This document shows, piece by piece, positions 17,315 to 25,874 of a DNA stretch of 64,000 nt. Where the stretch lies: positions 20,635-84,634 of the forward strand of contig DATDXU010000002.1 of the NCBI GenBank assembly GCA_036517195.1, written 5' to 3'. Position numbers and translations under genes: made by a program. Each line of letters starts with the position of its first letter. Position 1 is the stretch's first letter. The stretch comes from Minisyncoccota bacterium (GTDB lineage Bacteria; Patescibacteriota; Minisyncoccia; Phycocordibacterales; UBA2100). The notes beneath the pieces were generated by a model, which saw only the letters and a program-made list of their open reading frames with translations, ran no database searches and was not told where the DNA came from.

Positions 17315-18145
17315 ATGAATGTATATAACAATGTACTTCGGAAAATCATGGATGAGGGCATTGACCGAGAGGGGAGGAATGGTCAGACGCGGGCGATTTT
17401 TGCCCACCAAATACGTTTTAATCTTGATGATGGGTTTCCGGCCGTTACCACAAAAAAACTCGCCTTTTCTGTTGTAAAAGCGGAATTGCTCTGGTTTCTT
17501 GAAGGATCAAGCGACGATAATCGACTAAAAGAACTCTTGGGCGGTGCTAAGAAAACAATTTGGACGGATAATGCACACTCCTCATATTGGAAGCCAAAAG
17601 CCGCTTTTGAGGGCGATCTCGGGCGCATTTACGGCGTGCAGTGGCGCACGTGGAAAACAGCAGACGGGGAAGAGGTGGATCAACTGAGTTCTGTCATAGA
17701 AAAATTGAAACACAACCCGACCGACAGGCGACTTGTTGTGTCTGCGTGGAACCCGGGGGAGCTTGAGCAGATGGCGCTCCCGCCATGCCACATGCTGTTC
17801 CAGTTTTTTGTTGCGAATGGAAAACTCTCGATTCATATGATTCAGAGAAGTTGTGATCTTTTTTTGGGGGTTCCATTTAATATCGCTTCGTACGCCCTAC
17901 TTCTTTCTATGGTTGCTCATGTTACCAATCTCAAACCTCACGAGTGTATTTTGACCCTGAACGATGCACACATCTACCACGACCATTTTGAGCAAGTAAA
18001 AGAACAACTGGGGCGAACCCCACTTCCCCCGCCTCGCCTGTGGCTCAATCCGGATATACACGGTATAGATGATTTTGGTATGGACGATATACGACTGGAG
18101 AACTACCAAAGTCATCCTGCGATTCCGGCAAAAATGCTCGTGTAA
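17315..18145 (+). CDS. thyA: thymidylate synthase
   Basis: Near-identical spacing to E. coli ThyA: ...MALPPCHMLFQFFVANGKLSIHMIQRSCDLFLGVPFNIASYALL... Confidence 0.95.
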   Translation: MNVYNNVLRKIMDEGIDREGRNGQTRAIFAHQIRFNLDDGFPAVTTKKLAFSVVKAELLWFLEGSSDDNRLKELLGGAKKTIWTDNAHSSYWKPKAAFEGDLGRIYGVQWRTWKTADGEEVDQLSSVIEKLKHNPTDRRLVVSAWNPGELEQMALPPCHMLFQFFVANGKLSIHMIQRSCDLFLGVPFNIASYALLLSMVAHVTNLKPHECILTLNDAHIYHDHFEQVKEQLGRTPLPPPRLWLNPDIHGIDDFGMDDIRLENYQSHPAIPAKMLV

Positions 18146-18147
18146 GT

Positions 18148-18654
18148 ATGGCGCGAGTGAGTATTATTGCGGCGTGTGGAGCTTCGACGCGAGCGCTTGG
18201 AAAAAACAACACGCTTCTCTGGCACATACCAGAAGATTTGAAACGCTTTAAGCGTCTCACGCTCGGGCATCCCGTTATCATGGGACGCAAAACATTTGAA
18301 TCAATTGTGAGCTACCTCGGAAAACCTCTTCCTGGGCGCACCTCAATTGTTTTAACAAAGAATTCAAATAACGATTTACGAAATCGTTATGAGGTGGTAA
18401 TCGCGGGGTCACTGGAAGAGGGAATTAAGAAAGCGAAAGAATTGGATGACGAGGAAATTTTTATCGTGGGAGGCGCTTCCGTGTATGAACAGGCGCTTCC
18501 ACTCGCGGATCGCCTGTATCTCACGCTTGTTGAGGACGAGAAAGAAGGAGATACGTATTTTCCACCGTATGAGAATGTGTTTACAAAAATTGTGTCCGAA
18601 GAGGGTCACGTGTGGCAGGGAATTAGTGTTAGGTTTCTCGTGCTTGAGAGGTAG
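18148..18654 (+). CDS. folA: dihydrofolate reductase
   Basis: MARVSIIAACGASTRALGKNNTLLWHIPEDLKRFKRLTLGHPVIMGRKTFESI is typical DHFR. Confidence 0.92.
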   Translation: MARVSIIAACGASTRALGKNNTLLWHIPEDLKRFKRLTLGHPVIMGRKTFESIVSYLGKPLPGRTSIVLTKNSNNDLRNRYEVVIAGSLEEGIKKAKELDDEEIFIVGGASVYEQALPLADRLYLTLVEDEKEGDTYFPPYENVFTKIVSEEGHVWQGISVRFLVLER

Positions 18655-18660
18655 GGCCTG

Positions 18661-18683
18661 CCCCCACACCATTGGTGTGGGGG
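18661..18683 (+). terminator. terminator hairpin cccccacacc-attg-gtgtggggg after folA
   Basis: 10-bp GC stem read directly from the sequence. The T-run after it is weak. Confidence 0.5.
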
Positions 18684-18726
18684 GCTTCCGCATGGTATCA
18701 ATGACGCTGGACTAGAGAGATACATA

Positions 18727-19599
18727 GTGGAGATGAAAATGACACGTGCGCGCATAGTGCGTTCGTATACGAACACCGTAGAGGCAAGGATTATGGCGCT
18801 ACGCGCCAATCCACACACACACGTAGAACACATCGGGGACGTGGCAAACGGCGTTGTTGCCTATTCATGTTTTCGGGTAGTTGTTGGTTCTCAAAGTTCG
18901 GGGAAAAAGCCCTCCGTACTTCTTTCGGGGGGAGTTCACGGCAATGAACCGGCTGGCGTGTGGGCACTCTTGCGATTTCTTGAAATGGATGTACATCAGT
19001 ATCTTGATACGTGTACGTTTGTCGCATATCCGTGCATAAACCCGATTGGATACGAATACAACACCAGGGGTACTGTGCGAGGCTTTGACCTCAATCGAGA
19101 TTTCACACTGTATCCGAAGTCGTTTGAAAATCAGATTGTTCTTCGGTCTCTTCACAAAGATGAGAAGCATTTTCTTTTCGCAATGGATTTGCACGAATCA
19201 GATATGAGCGAAGTGACGGAGGACATGGTCAAGGAAGGTCTTACTGTAAAAGATAATCCGCGTGGATTTTATCTGTACGAATGTGCGAGGGAGGCAACAC
19301 CTCGAATGGGGCGTTCGATAATTAAAGCACTGCGGAGAGAGGGAATACAGATTGCTACACAGCCCGAAATTTTTAAAGATAAAAACTTCGGTGGCGTTAT
19401 TTCGTATCCAACGGAAAGCGGGAGTCCGATATACGCTGAAGGGGTATCATTTGACACGTATCTTTTTGACACATGCACAGACCACGCGTTTACCACCGAG
19501 ACCGTAACGAATTGGGATGCGTGGAAGCGCGTTATGGCGCATAGAGTTGCCATACAGACGGTGCTAGAGTTATACAGGCGTCATTTTTCAAGTGTGTAA
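18727..19599 (+). CDS. M14-family zinc carboxypeptidase-like protein (or succinylglutamate desuccinylase/aspartoacylase-like)
   Basis: Zn-ligand motifs GGVHGNEPAG (HxxE), DLNRDF and DLHES. Confidence 0.7.
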   Translation: MEMKMTRARIVRSYTNTVEARIMALRANPHTHVEHIGDVANGVVAYSCFRVVVGSQSSGKKPSVLLSGGVHGNEPAGVWALLRFLEMDVHQYLDTCTFVAYPCINPIGYEYNTRGTVRGFDLNRDFTLYPKSFENQIVLRSLHKDEKHFLFAMDLHESDMSEVTEDMVKEGLTVKDNPRGFYLYECAREATPRMGRSIIKALRREGIQIATQPEIFKDKNFGGVISYPTESGSPIYAEGVSFDTYLFDTCTDHAFTTETVTNWDAWKRVMAHRVAIQTVLELYRRHFSSV

Positions 19600-19688
19600 C
19601 AGGTAGAGTGGCTCGTTTCCAGACTGTAGGGAACGAGCTTTCTTTTTTGTTTTTGTTGAATTGCGGACATGTAGTATCCTTGTGCACT

Positions 19689-20141
19689 ATGGGGGTGACA
19701 AGGAAGAAAAAGAAGGTTGGTATTACCGCTGGCGCGCTTGATTTGTGCCATGCGGGGCACTTTTTGATGCTTGAGGAGGCAAGGAGGGTGTGTGATTACC
19801 TCATCGTGTGTCTTCAGGAAGACCCGTCGCGCGACAGGCCTGAAAAAAATAAACCCATTATGTCTATGGCAGAACGCATGACCATACTGCGCGGAATTCG
19901 CTGGGTTGATGAAGTGGTGCCGTATAAAACAGAGCGTGATTTATACAACATTTTACGTTCGCGTAAGCCGGACATTCGTATTATCGGGGCGGATTGGAAA
20001 GGCAAACTATACACCGGGCATGATTTGCCGATAACAATGTATTTTAATTCACGTTCGCATTCCTACTCATCGTCCAATATACGCGAACGCGTGTGGGCGG
20101 CGGAAGATGCAAAACGTCGCGCAAAAAAGAAGAAGCGCTGA
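19689..20141 (+). CDS. cytidylyl/adenylyltransferase-like nucleotidyltransferase (RfaE domain II / TagD-like)
   Basis: HIGH-type motif GITAGALDLCHAGH. Pattern ...IVCLQED...RPIMSMAERMTILRGIRWVDEVVPY resembles HldE C-domain/TagD. Start is taken at the internal ATG (MGVTRKKKK). Confidence 0.7.
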   Translation: MGVTRKKKKVGITAGALDLCHAGHFLMLEEARRVCDYLIVCLQEDPSRDRPEKNKPIMSMAERMTILRGIRWVDEVVPYKTERDLYNILRSRKPDIRIIGADWKGKLYTGHDLPITMYFNSRSHSYSSSNIRERVWAAEDAKRRAKKKKR

Positions 20142-20146
20142 TTTCG

Positions 20147-20911
20147 CTACACAACAAATAGCACGAATACAAGCACAAGCAGAATACGGTATATGCCGAA
20201 TAGTGTAAATGAGTGTGTTTGTACATAACGCATAAGCCACATCGCGGCGACTAGGGCGACCACGAACGAGGTCAAGAATCCTGCGCCAAGAAGTGCGGCA
20301 TTATCCCACGTAAAAATTTCAATATTTTTTGCTATGTCATATCCTGTCGCGGCAAGCATGGTGGGTATTGCGAGGAGGAAAGAAAACTCAACGATGACTG
20401 TGCGACGAAGCCCCAACAAAAGACCTCCGACAATTGTTGCGCCGGCGCGCGACACGCCGGGAATAATTGAAAGTGCTTGAAACAAACCGATGAATAGGGA
20501 TTGGCTGTAGGTAACATCATTCACCTCACCTTCTACCACTTCTTCTTTGTGCCACCATTCAAGAGCGATGAGTATCACGCCTCCAAGAAAGAGCGCCCAC
20601 AACACGACAGATGTGTTGCCGAGGAGGTATGTTTTTATGAATGGATACAACAGGAATCCGACGATTCCTGTTGGGACGAAAGCGACCGCTAATTTTTTTA
20701 TACGTTCCGTATGCAACAGTGAACGCCAACATAAAGCGACGATGGCAAGAATTGCTCCGCACTGAATCAGTATTTCAAAACTTTTGACAAATGTTGTTTG
20801 CTCTATACCTAAAAGAGAACTCGCAAGAATGAGATGTCCCGTGGATGAGATAGGCAGAAACTCCGTCGCACCCTCAAGGGCGCCGAGCAGGATACTTTCA
20901 AAAAGGGACAT
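20147..20911 (-). CDS. uppP: undecaprenyl-diphosphatase
   Basis: MSLFESILLGALEGATEFLPISSTGHLIL... is the hallmark BacA/UppP motif, with about 8 TM helices. Confidence 0.92.
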   Translation of the reverse strand: MSLFESILLGALEGATEFLPISSTGHLILASSLLGIEQTTFVKSFEILIQCGAILAIVALCWRSLLHTERIKKLAVAFVPTGIVGFLLYPFIKTYLLGNTSVVLWALFLGGVILIALEWWHKEEVVEGEVNDVTYSQSLFIGLFQALSIIPGVSRAGATIVGGLLLGLRRTVIVEFSFLLAIPTMLAATGYDIAKNIEIFTWDNAALLGAGFLTSFVVALVAAMWLMRYVQTHSFTLFGIYRILLVLVFVLFVV

Positions 20912-20943
20912 AGAGTAGAGTATACCCCCTAGCCAGTGCGGGA

Positions 20944-20983
20944 AAAATAAAAAACAACCCCCACTTCTGCCTCGAAATGGGGG
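20944..20983 (-). terminator. rho-independent terminator after the repeat-protein gene
   Basis: On the minus strand, hairpin cccccatttcgaggcagaagtggggg is followed by ttgttttttattttt. Confidence 0.65.
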
Positions 20984-20991
20984 TATGTGTT

Positions 20992-21570
20992 CTACTGTTT
21001 TTTTCCTCCCTCGTCTTCCTCTGTCTCAATGCAAGACCACACGGCGAAGGATCTTTTTTTGTCTCCTGCCTGTTGCCAGAATGCGACACAGATAACATTT
21101 TCAGCGTACTTCTTTGCATATTGCACAACAAAACCAATGCCATGTTGGGCTTTCATACCGGCATTCTGATATGCCAAGCCAATGACTTGTCCGGCGTACT
21201 CACCAGCATTCTGGTATGCCACACCAATGAACTGATAGGCCTCCTTACCAACATTTTGATATGTCAGACCAAGTCCTTGCCAGGCGTCCTGACCGGCATT
21301 CTGGCATCCGACATGTATAACAGCAAGCGCGTTTTTTTTGGCGTTTTGGTATACAGAGAACAGTGAGATAAGGTCTCCTTCTGAATACGCGTTACCGGCG
21401 ATCGTAAACACAGTGTTACCGGTTGTGACTGGTGCGCATAGCGCCGCAATCAGCAATGTGGTTGTAGCGGTGACGGAGAGCGTTTGGTCTCCCATTAACC
21501 ACCAAGCCACGAGAGAATACAAAATTGTGGATAGTAGCCACAAAAAAATGTTTTTTGCCGCGACACTCAT
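20992..21570 (-). CDS. membrane-anchored protein with about six tandem 15-residue repeats (consensus Y-Q-N-A-G-x-x-A-x-Q-x-I-G-[LV]-A)
   Basis: N-terminal TM segment(s) followed by repeats with QN[AV] at residues spaced exactly 15 apart. This corresponds to 45-nt DNA repeats at about 21100-21370. Start chosen at the ATG with a ggggag SD (MSVAAK...); the ORF is open to 21588. Confidence 0.55.
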   Translation of the reverse strand: MSVAAKNIFLWLLSTILYSLVAWWLMGDQTLSVTATTTLLIAALCAPVTTGNTVFTIAGNAYSEGDLISLFSVYQNAKKNALAVIHVGCQNAGQDAWQGLGLTYQNVGKEAYQFIGVAYQNAGEYAGQVIGLAYQNAGMKAQHGIGFVVQYAKKYAENVICVAFWQQAGDKKRSFAVWSCIETEEDEGGKKQ

Positions 21571-21669
21571 TTTCAAGCTCCCCTGCATCCATATTCATTT
21601 CCAAAAGCTTTGTATCATCAGATGTTTGAGTTGTCAAGAAAAAGATTCCATCGCCCAAGTTCGATGGAA

Positions 21670-22497
21670 TCATAGTTTCGTACGCAGTCGAGAGTGTATC
21701 TGAAGGTCAATTTTGATGTCCTCGTTCAGGACAGCAAGCATGCGTTGCCGTCTTTTTTCGTTCCGCTTGTGTGTACGAAGAGTTTCCCAATTTCCTGAAA
21801 ATACCTCATCTGCAAATCCGAATCGCACTGCCTCACGAGGACCAAGCCATACGTTGATTTTGTCCCTCAGCTTGTCTTCAAGGAGTCTTAGGATTTTTTG
21901 TTCGCCCCATTTTTTGTATGCCCCTTGTTCTTTGAGACGCGCTACATACAAAAGGAGCATACGTTCTGATGCCATGCGCCGCTCGCTGTCTTCGGCGTTC
22001 GCCTCTTGTTCAAGACCGTGGAACGAGAATTCACCGAAGTGGTACATAAACCGAGCCGTAGCGTCCAGAACAAACTTGTCTGCCGCGAGAGGGACAATAG
22101 ACGACATGGAACGTGCCCACCTGCGAGCGAGTACGGTAATTGGGTTCGGACATGCAAGAATTGAGGAAAATATTTGCATTCCCGATTCCCAGTCGCCTCC
22201 GCATGTGGACATGTCGACAAGAATGGGCCTTTCAGGATTAATGCCACTCAAGACGCTCAAGCTTCTTGCAAACTCGTTTGCCATGGTCGGATTGATGCCC
22301 GACTCACTCACGTGTTCGGCATCTTCAGGGTCAACATCCCGCGTGTGGAGGTATGCGATGAATTGCGCGCGATCTATTCTGTAGTCGTGAACGTCTCCTA
22401 AGGCAAAGTCTCCCAGAAGAGCTTTTGCCGGTGCCTCTTCGTGTGGTGTTCCAACGGTCGATCTTTTCTTACGCAGACGCTTTTTACGGGTTTCCAT
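21670..22497 (-). CDS. ClpP-fold (S14-like) serine protease-like protein, non-canonical
   Basis: ILVDMSTCGGDWESGMQIFSSI...ARRWARSMSSIVPLAAD...RFMYHFGEF aligns with ClpP INSPGG...GQAASMGA...RIMIHQP. Candidate catalytic Ser and His are present. The N-terminus is basic, and the length (275 aa) exceeds canonical ClpP. Confidence 0.55.
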   Translation of the reverse strand: METRKKRLRKKRSTVGTPHEEAPAKALLGDFALGDVHDYRIDRAQFIAYLHTRDVDPEDAEHVSESGINPTMANEFARSLSVLSGINPERPILVDMSTCGGDWESGMQIFSSILACPNPITVLARRWARSMSSIVPLAADKFVLDATARFMYHFGEFSFHGLEQEANAEDSERRMASERMLLLYVARLKEQGAYKKWGEQKILRLLEDKLRDKINVWLGPREAVRFGFADEVFSGNWETLRTHKRNEKRRQRMLAVLNEDIKIDLQIHSRLRTKL

Positions 22498-22554
22498 TGG
22501 TAACCCCCGTTTCTGTATGAACTACAGCAACTATAGTATGGCGTGCTCCCTAAA

Positions 22555-22597
22555 GCAAAAGCCCCACGAATGGGGCTTGTCCCGCCGTTGGCGGGGC
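22555..22597 (-). terminator. tandem-hairpin terminator after the C39-like peptidase gene
   Basis: Hairpins gcccca-cgaa-tggggc and cccgcc-gttg-gcgggg. On the minus strand a T-run (cttttgcttt) follows. Confidence 0.55.
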
Positions 22598-22599
22598 TT

Positions 22600-23133
22600 T
22601 TAAGTTTTGTGTTTGACTTTTTTGCGCTTTAGATACCACGCAATCGGATATCGTTTACCGGAAGTTGGATCTTTTCTTGTTCGCAAGTCATTACACAACA
22701 GGGAACGGGATATGGTATAGAGGGTTGTTTTGGTGAAAGGGTAATTTGCTATCCTAAACTTTTTTCCTGCGATTGGCATACCAATGATAAGCACAATATG
22801 GATGAGCCAATTTTTGTGTATGTTCCAATCTTCCTTTTTGCGCCACTGATAGCATAGAACAACGGCACCACCGTGCTCCACATGTTTTGCAATCTTTTCA
22901 ATACGCGGATGTTTATCTGTGCGTATAGTGAAATATGTTGCACCAAGAGCGTGTAAGGTTTTTGAAATATCTCTTGCCTTTGTTCCACCAAGTAATCTGG
23001 AGTAGTGGGTGTGTGCTCTTATCTTTTTTAAACTTCGATACGCCAAAGGTGCTCCTGCCCACTTCAGTGCATTTAATATGACGATAGGACCGCAATCAAA
23101 CCTACCTCGTTGACGAAAATAGCGGATTGTCAT
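22600..23133 (-). CDS. papain-fold C39-like cysteine peptidase domain protein
   Basis: Q...DCGP motif (FRQRGRFDCGPIVILNALKWAG) as in C39/C39-like peptidases. A downstream candidate catalytic His lies in HIVLIIG. Confidence 0.55.
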   Translation of the reverse strand: MTIRYFRQRGRFDCGPIVILNALKWAGAPLAYRSLKKIRAHTHYSRLLGGTKARDISKTLHALGATYFTIRTDKHPRIEKIAKHVEHGGAVVLCYQWRKKEDWNIHKNWLIHIVLIIGMPIAGKKFRIANYPFTKTTLYTISRSLLCNDLRTRKDPTSGKRYPIAWYLKRKKVKHKT

Positions 23134-23233
23134 CTCGACACCTCTTGCCCCTTGTTCAATATATTCTTTCTCTATTGTAAGACATCAAAACGGAAGATTT
23201 TTAACGTGCCGTGAATAACAACTTTTGCAGAAA

Positions 23234-23262
23234 CAATGACCGACCTACGAGGTCGGTCATTG
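23234..23262. repeat. palindromic hairpin caatgaccgacc-tacga-ggtcggtcattg (cgacc...ggtcg family)
   Basis: 12-bp perfect stem read from the sequence, immediately upstream of the -35 element. Confidence 0.45.
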
Positions 23263-23291
23263 TTGACATGCGAATGTAGTCCTAGTAGACT
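23263..23291 (+). promoter_or_regulatory. sigma70-type promoter TTGACA-17-TAGACT
   Basis: Consensus -35 at 23263-23268, a 17-nt spacer, and -10 at 23286-23291. It lies about 45 nt upstream of the ATG at 23338. Confidence 0.5.
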
Positions 23292-23337
23292 TGCGAAAGT
23301 TCTAGGTATCAACAATCGAATCGAGAGGAACCAGGCA

Positions 23338-23766
23338 ATGGAAATCGCACGTTCGCCGCAGTCCATTGAGGCGGGGAAATATGTTACCATCGCTGTTTTT
23401 GGATGTGTCGTCTTGACCGCCGCGTACATTTTGTTTCCATTGTATGAGCAGCGCGTGGCTTCCATGCTCGGTATGTCAGATGTCATGCTTGGAAGTCCGC
23501 TTTTGCAACTACTGCTGGGGGTCTGGGTTGGCGCATTTTTAACCGCTGCGTTTATGACCTCGAGCCCTAGGGGCGGAATGTACCTTGTTCCCGTGCTTTT
23601 GGGGGTGTTCGCAACATATCTGTTGGCAACCTTTATCGTGTCGGTCGGTGTGTCTTTCCCAATCACACCGCTTGATATTGGTGATTTGAATTCCATCATG
23701 ACTTTTGGTGGAGTTCTCGGCGCCACAGTGAGTCGGATGGTGCTCCATAGGCGCTATGCATCGTAA
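23338..23766 (+). CDS. hypothetical membrane protein (4 TM)
   Basis: Hydrophobic helices; start chosen downstream of the promoter. Followed by the terminator gcccaacggg...cgctgggcg + T7 (23775-23815). Confidence 0.5.
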   Translation: MEIARSPQSIEAGKYVTIAVFGCVVLTAAYILFPLYEQRVASMLGMSDVMLGSPLLQLLLGVWVGAFLTAAFMTSSPRGGMYLVPVLLGVFATYLLATFIVSVGVSFPITPLDIGDLNSIMTFGGVLGATVSRMVLHRRYAS

Positions 23767-24224
23767 GGAACATCGTTCGCCCAACGGGACATCCGCTGGG
23801 CGACCTCTTTTTTTCTAGCGTGCTGTGGATAAAATTCTGGCCGTATACGGTAGTGTCTAGACGAAGGTATTGTTCATTGAGTTTTTATGCGGGGCTTGAC
23901 CCCGTCAGTGAATGGTGGCAACCTTGGCGCCACAGTGCAGAGTGCAAAATGAAGAGGTGAATCGTAGTTTTTTATATCAAGAAAGCCATCGTTTGAACAT
24001 GCGCCAAGAAGTATGGGAACAAGCGTTTCCACACGCTGTTGCTAGAGCATGATAGTTTTTCAAATCGTTCTATATTGAGCATGTTCATTTGCCACCATCT
24101 ACTGCGGGGCTTGACGTTACCGTGTGATAGGCGTCTTTTGTGCTGGACGGCTGGCGTGAATACGAAGAATACTGATAGAATGACGGGGTACTATTTTAAC
24201 AATAACTAATCTACATATTATTGT

Positions 24225-24383
24225 ATGGCAGATGCAACAGTCGGATACTGTGTGAAGTGCAAGGCGAAGCAGGAAATGAGCAACACGAAAGAGGTTTCAA
24301 TGAAGGGGGGGCGTCGGGCAATGCAAGGATCATGCCCAAAGTGCAGCACGAAAATGTTTAGAATTTTAGGGAAGGCAAAATAG
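24225..24383 (+). CDS. small zinc-ribbon protein (52 aa; CxxC...CxxC)
   Basis: MADATVGYCVKCKAKQEMSNTKEVSMKGGRRAMQGSCPKCSTKMFRILGKAK has two CxxC pairs about 22 residues apart. No SD is evident. Confidence 0.45.
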   Translation: MADATVGYCVKCKAKQEMSNTKEVSMKGGRRAMQGSCPKCSTKMFRILGKAK

Positions 24384-24503
24384 AGAACGTGAAATGAGTC
24401 GAAAGAGGTCACGGCTTCGCCGTGACCTCTTTCATATTCTTGTTGCATCTTTTTGCCATCGGAGCACAATTGGTTTTGGCAATAGAGGACGAAGGAGGTG
24501 GCG

Positions 24504-25799
24504 ATGCGCGACAAAGAAGAATTGCGGCATGCGTGCGGGTCGGTGATTGATGAAGAGAGTTGGAGTGTTATCAGGGCAACGCAAAGACACAGCGCTCTCA
24601 ATTACAATCCATATCCGATTGTTGTGCGCAGACACAGTGGCGCGTATGGGGCGTACCTCTACACCGTTGAAGGACATCGGGTGCTCGATCTTTTGGCAGG
24701 GTACTCTGCGGTGTTCTCGCACCGGTGGGATGTTCCGATTCGGGCACTGACGGCGGAGTTGTCCAGTGGCACTGACTTAACGTCCCGCGGTGTGTACACG
24801 GAACGATTTGCAGAATTCTGTGAAAAGATAACTGCTCTTACGGGGTATGACAGGGTGCTTCCGGCGTCCGACGGGAGGTCAAGCACCGAGCCTGTGATTG
24901 ACGCGTTCTTTATGCATGCCGAAAGGCGCGGTATTAAGAAACCGAACATTATTCTGATGGATAAATATTTCCACGGACGTGCACGGACATTCACCACGAA
25001 CGCTCTCTTTGATTCTTCTCAACACGAAGGCAAGGGGCCGCGGGTTGCCGGCATCGATGTGGTCGCGGATGTTCTCGAGATGGAGAAAAAGATTAACGAG
25101 AATACCGCAGGCATCTTTATGGAAGTGCACAGGGGAGAAGGTGGCCCTCTCTTTGACAACGGCGCATATGTGAGAGCGTGGGAGGCCGCGCGAGAGCACA
25201 ACATACCAATCGCAGTTGACGAAGTGCAAACGGGATTCTATCGATGTGGGCATCTTTGGGCGTGGCAGGAGTCCGGTCTAAAATATCGTCCCGACGCGAT
25301 GGTGCTTGGAAAAGCGCTTGGTGGTGGGATTATGCCGGTCTCGGCTCTTGTCGGCACAGAAGAGTTTATGTCTGTCTTCACGCCCGGAAGCCACGGAAGC
25401 ACATTCGGTGGATTTGCTCCCGCGTGTGCGGTCGCGTGTTCTGTCATTGATTATGTGCGCGAACATCCGGAAATGGGAGCGCGCGCGAATGAAATCGGAG
25501 CGCGTTTTGCAAAAAATCTTGCAGGCATCCCGAATGTGTCCGTTCGCAACCGAGGTGCACTGATTGCACTTCAGATTGAGGGCATTTCGACCACAGAACC
25601 ACTCTGTCTTGAAATGCTTCTCGGTGAACATGATCCGCGCGTCTTTATGAAGCATGGGCATGTGTATGGAAACACCGCGTACGTGCGCATCGCGCCACCC
25701 ATCCTTGCGATTGAAAACTCCATGATTGACGAAGCGTGTCACAATACGATTGCTCCCGTCTTGCGGCGTGCTCGTGAGATTGTTGGAAGCGGTTGTTAA
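24504..25799 (+). CDS. class-III PLP-dependent aminotransferase (ornithine/acetylornithine aminotransferase family)
   Basis: DEVQTGFYRCGHLWAW (DEVQTGFGRTG-like). The PLP-lysine motif is MVLGKALGGG. A perfect SD (gaaggaggtggcgATG) sits at 24491-24503. The ORF also opens at a GTG at 24498. Confidence 0.85.
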   Translation: MRDKEELRHACGSVIDEESWSVIRATQRHSALNYNPYPIVVRRHSGAYGAYLYTVEGHRVLDLLAGYSAVFSHRWDVPIRALTAELSSGTDLTSRGVYTERFAEFCEKITALTGYDRVLPASDGRSSTEPVIDAFFMHAERRGIKKPNIILMDKYFHGRARTFTTNALFDSSQHEGKGPRVAGIDVVADVLEMEKKINENTAGIFMEVHRGEGGPLFDNGAYVRAWEAAREHNIPIAVDEVQTGFYRCGHLWAWQESGLKYRPDAMVLGKALGGGIMPVSALVGTEEFMSVFTPGSHGSTFGGFAPACAVACSVIDYVREHPEMGARANEIGARFAKNLAGIPNVSVRNRGALIALQIEGISTTEPLCLEMLLGEHDPRVFMKHGHVYGNTAYVRIAPPILAIENSMIDEACHNTIAPVLRRAREIVGSGC

Positions 25800-25823
25800 G
25801 TGGTACGTATAGAAAAAATTTGA

Positions 25824-25858
25824 CCCCCATCTCGCAACTACGTGTTGCGGAATGGGGG
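25824..25858. terminator. bidirectional terminator hairpin cccccatctcgcaac-tacg-tgttgcggaatggggg
   Basis: Lies between convergent genes 24504-25799 (+) and 25875-26429 (-). Runs of A/T flank both sides. Confidence 0.6.
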
Positions 25859-25874
25859 TCTTCTTGTCGGGAGC

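Noticed and set aside
20977-21366. Plus-strand 129-aa ORF overlapping the 15-mer-repeat gene
   Set aside because: It is the mirror image of the repeat region and has no start signals. The minus-strand gene has an SD, a TM anchor and a strong terminator.
23172-23726. 184-aa minus-strand ORF antisense to the membrane-protein gene
   Set aside because: It overlaps the plus-strand gene almost entirely, which has a promoter and terminator. The minus ORF has no SD or promoter and a low-complexity composition.
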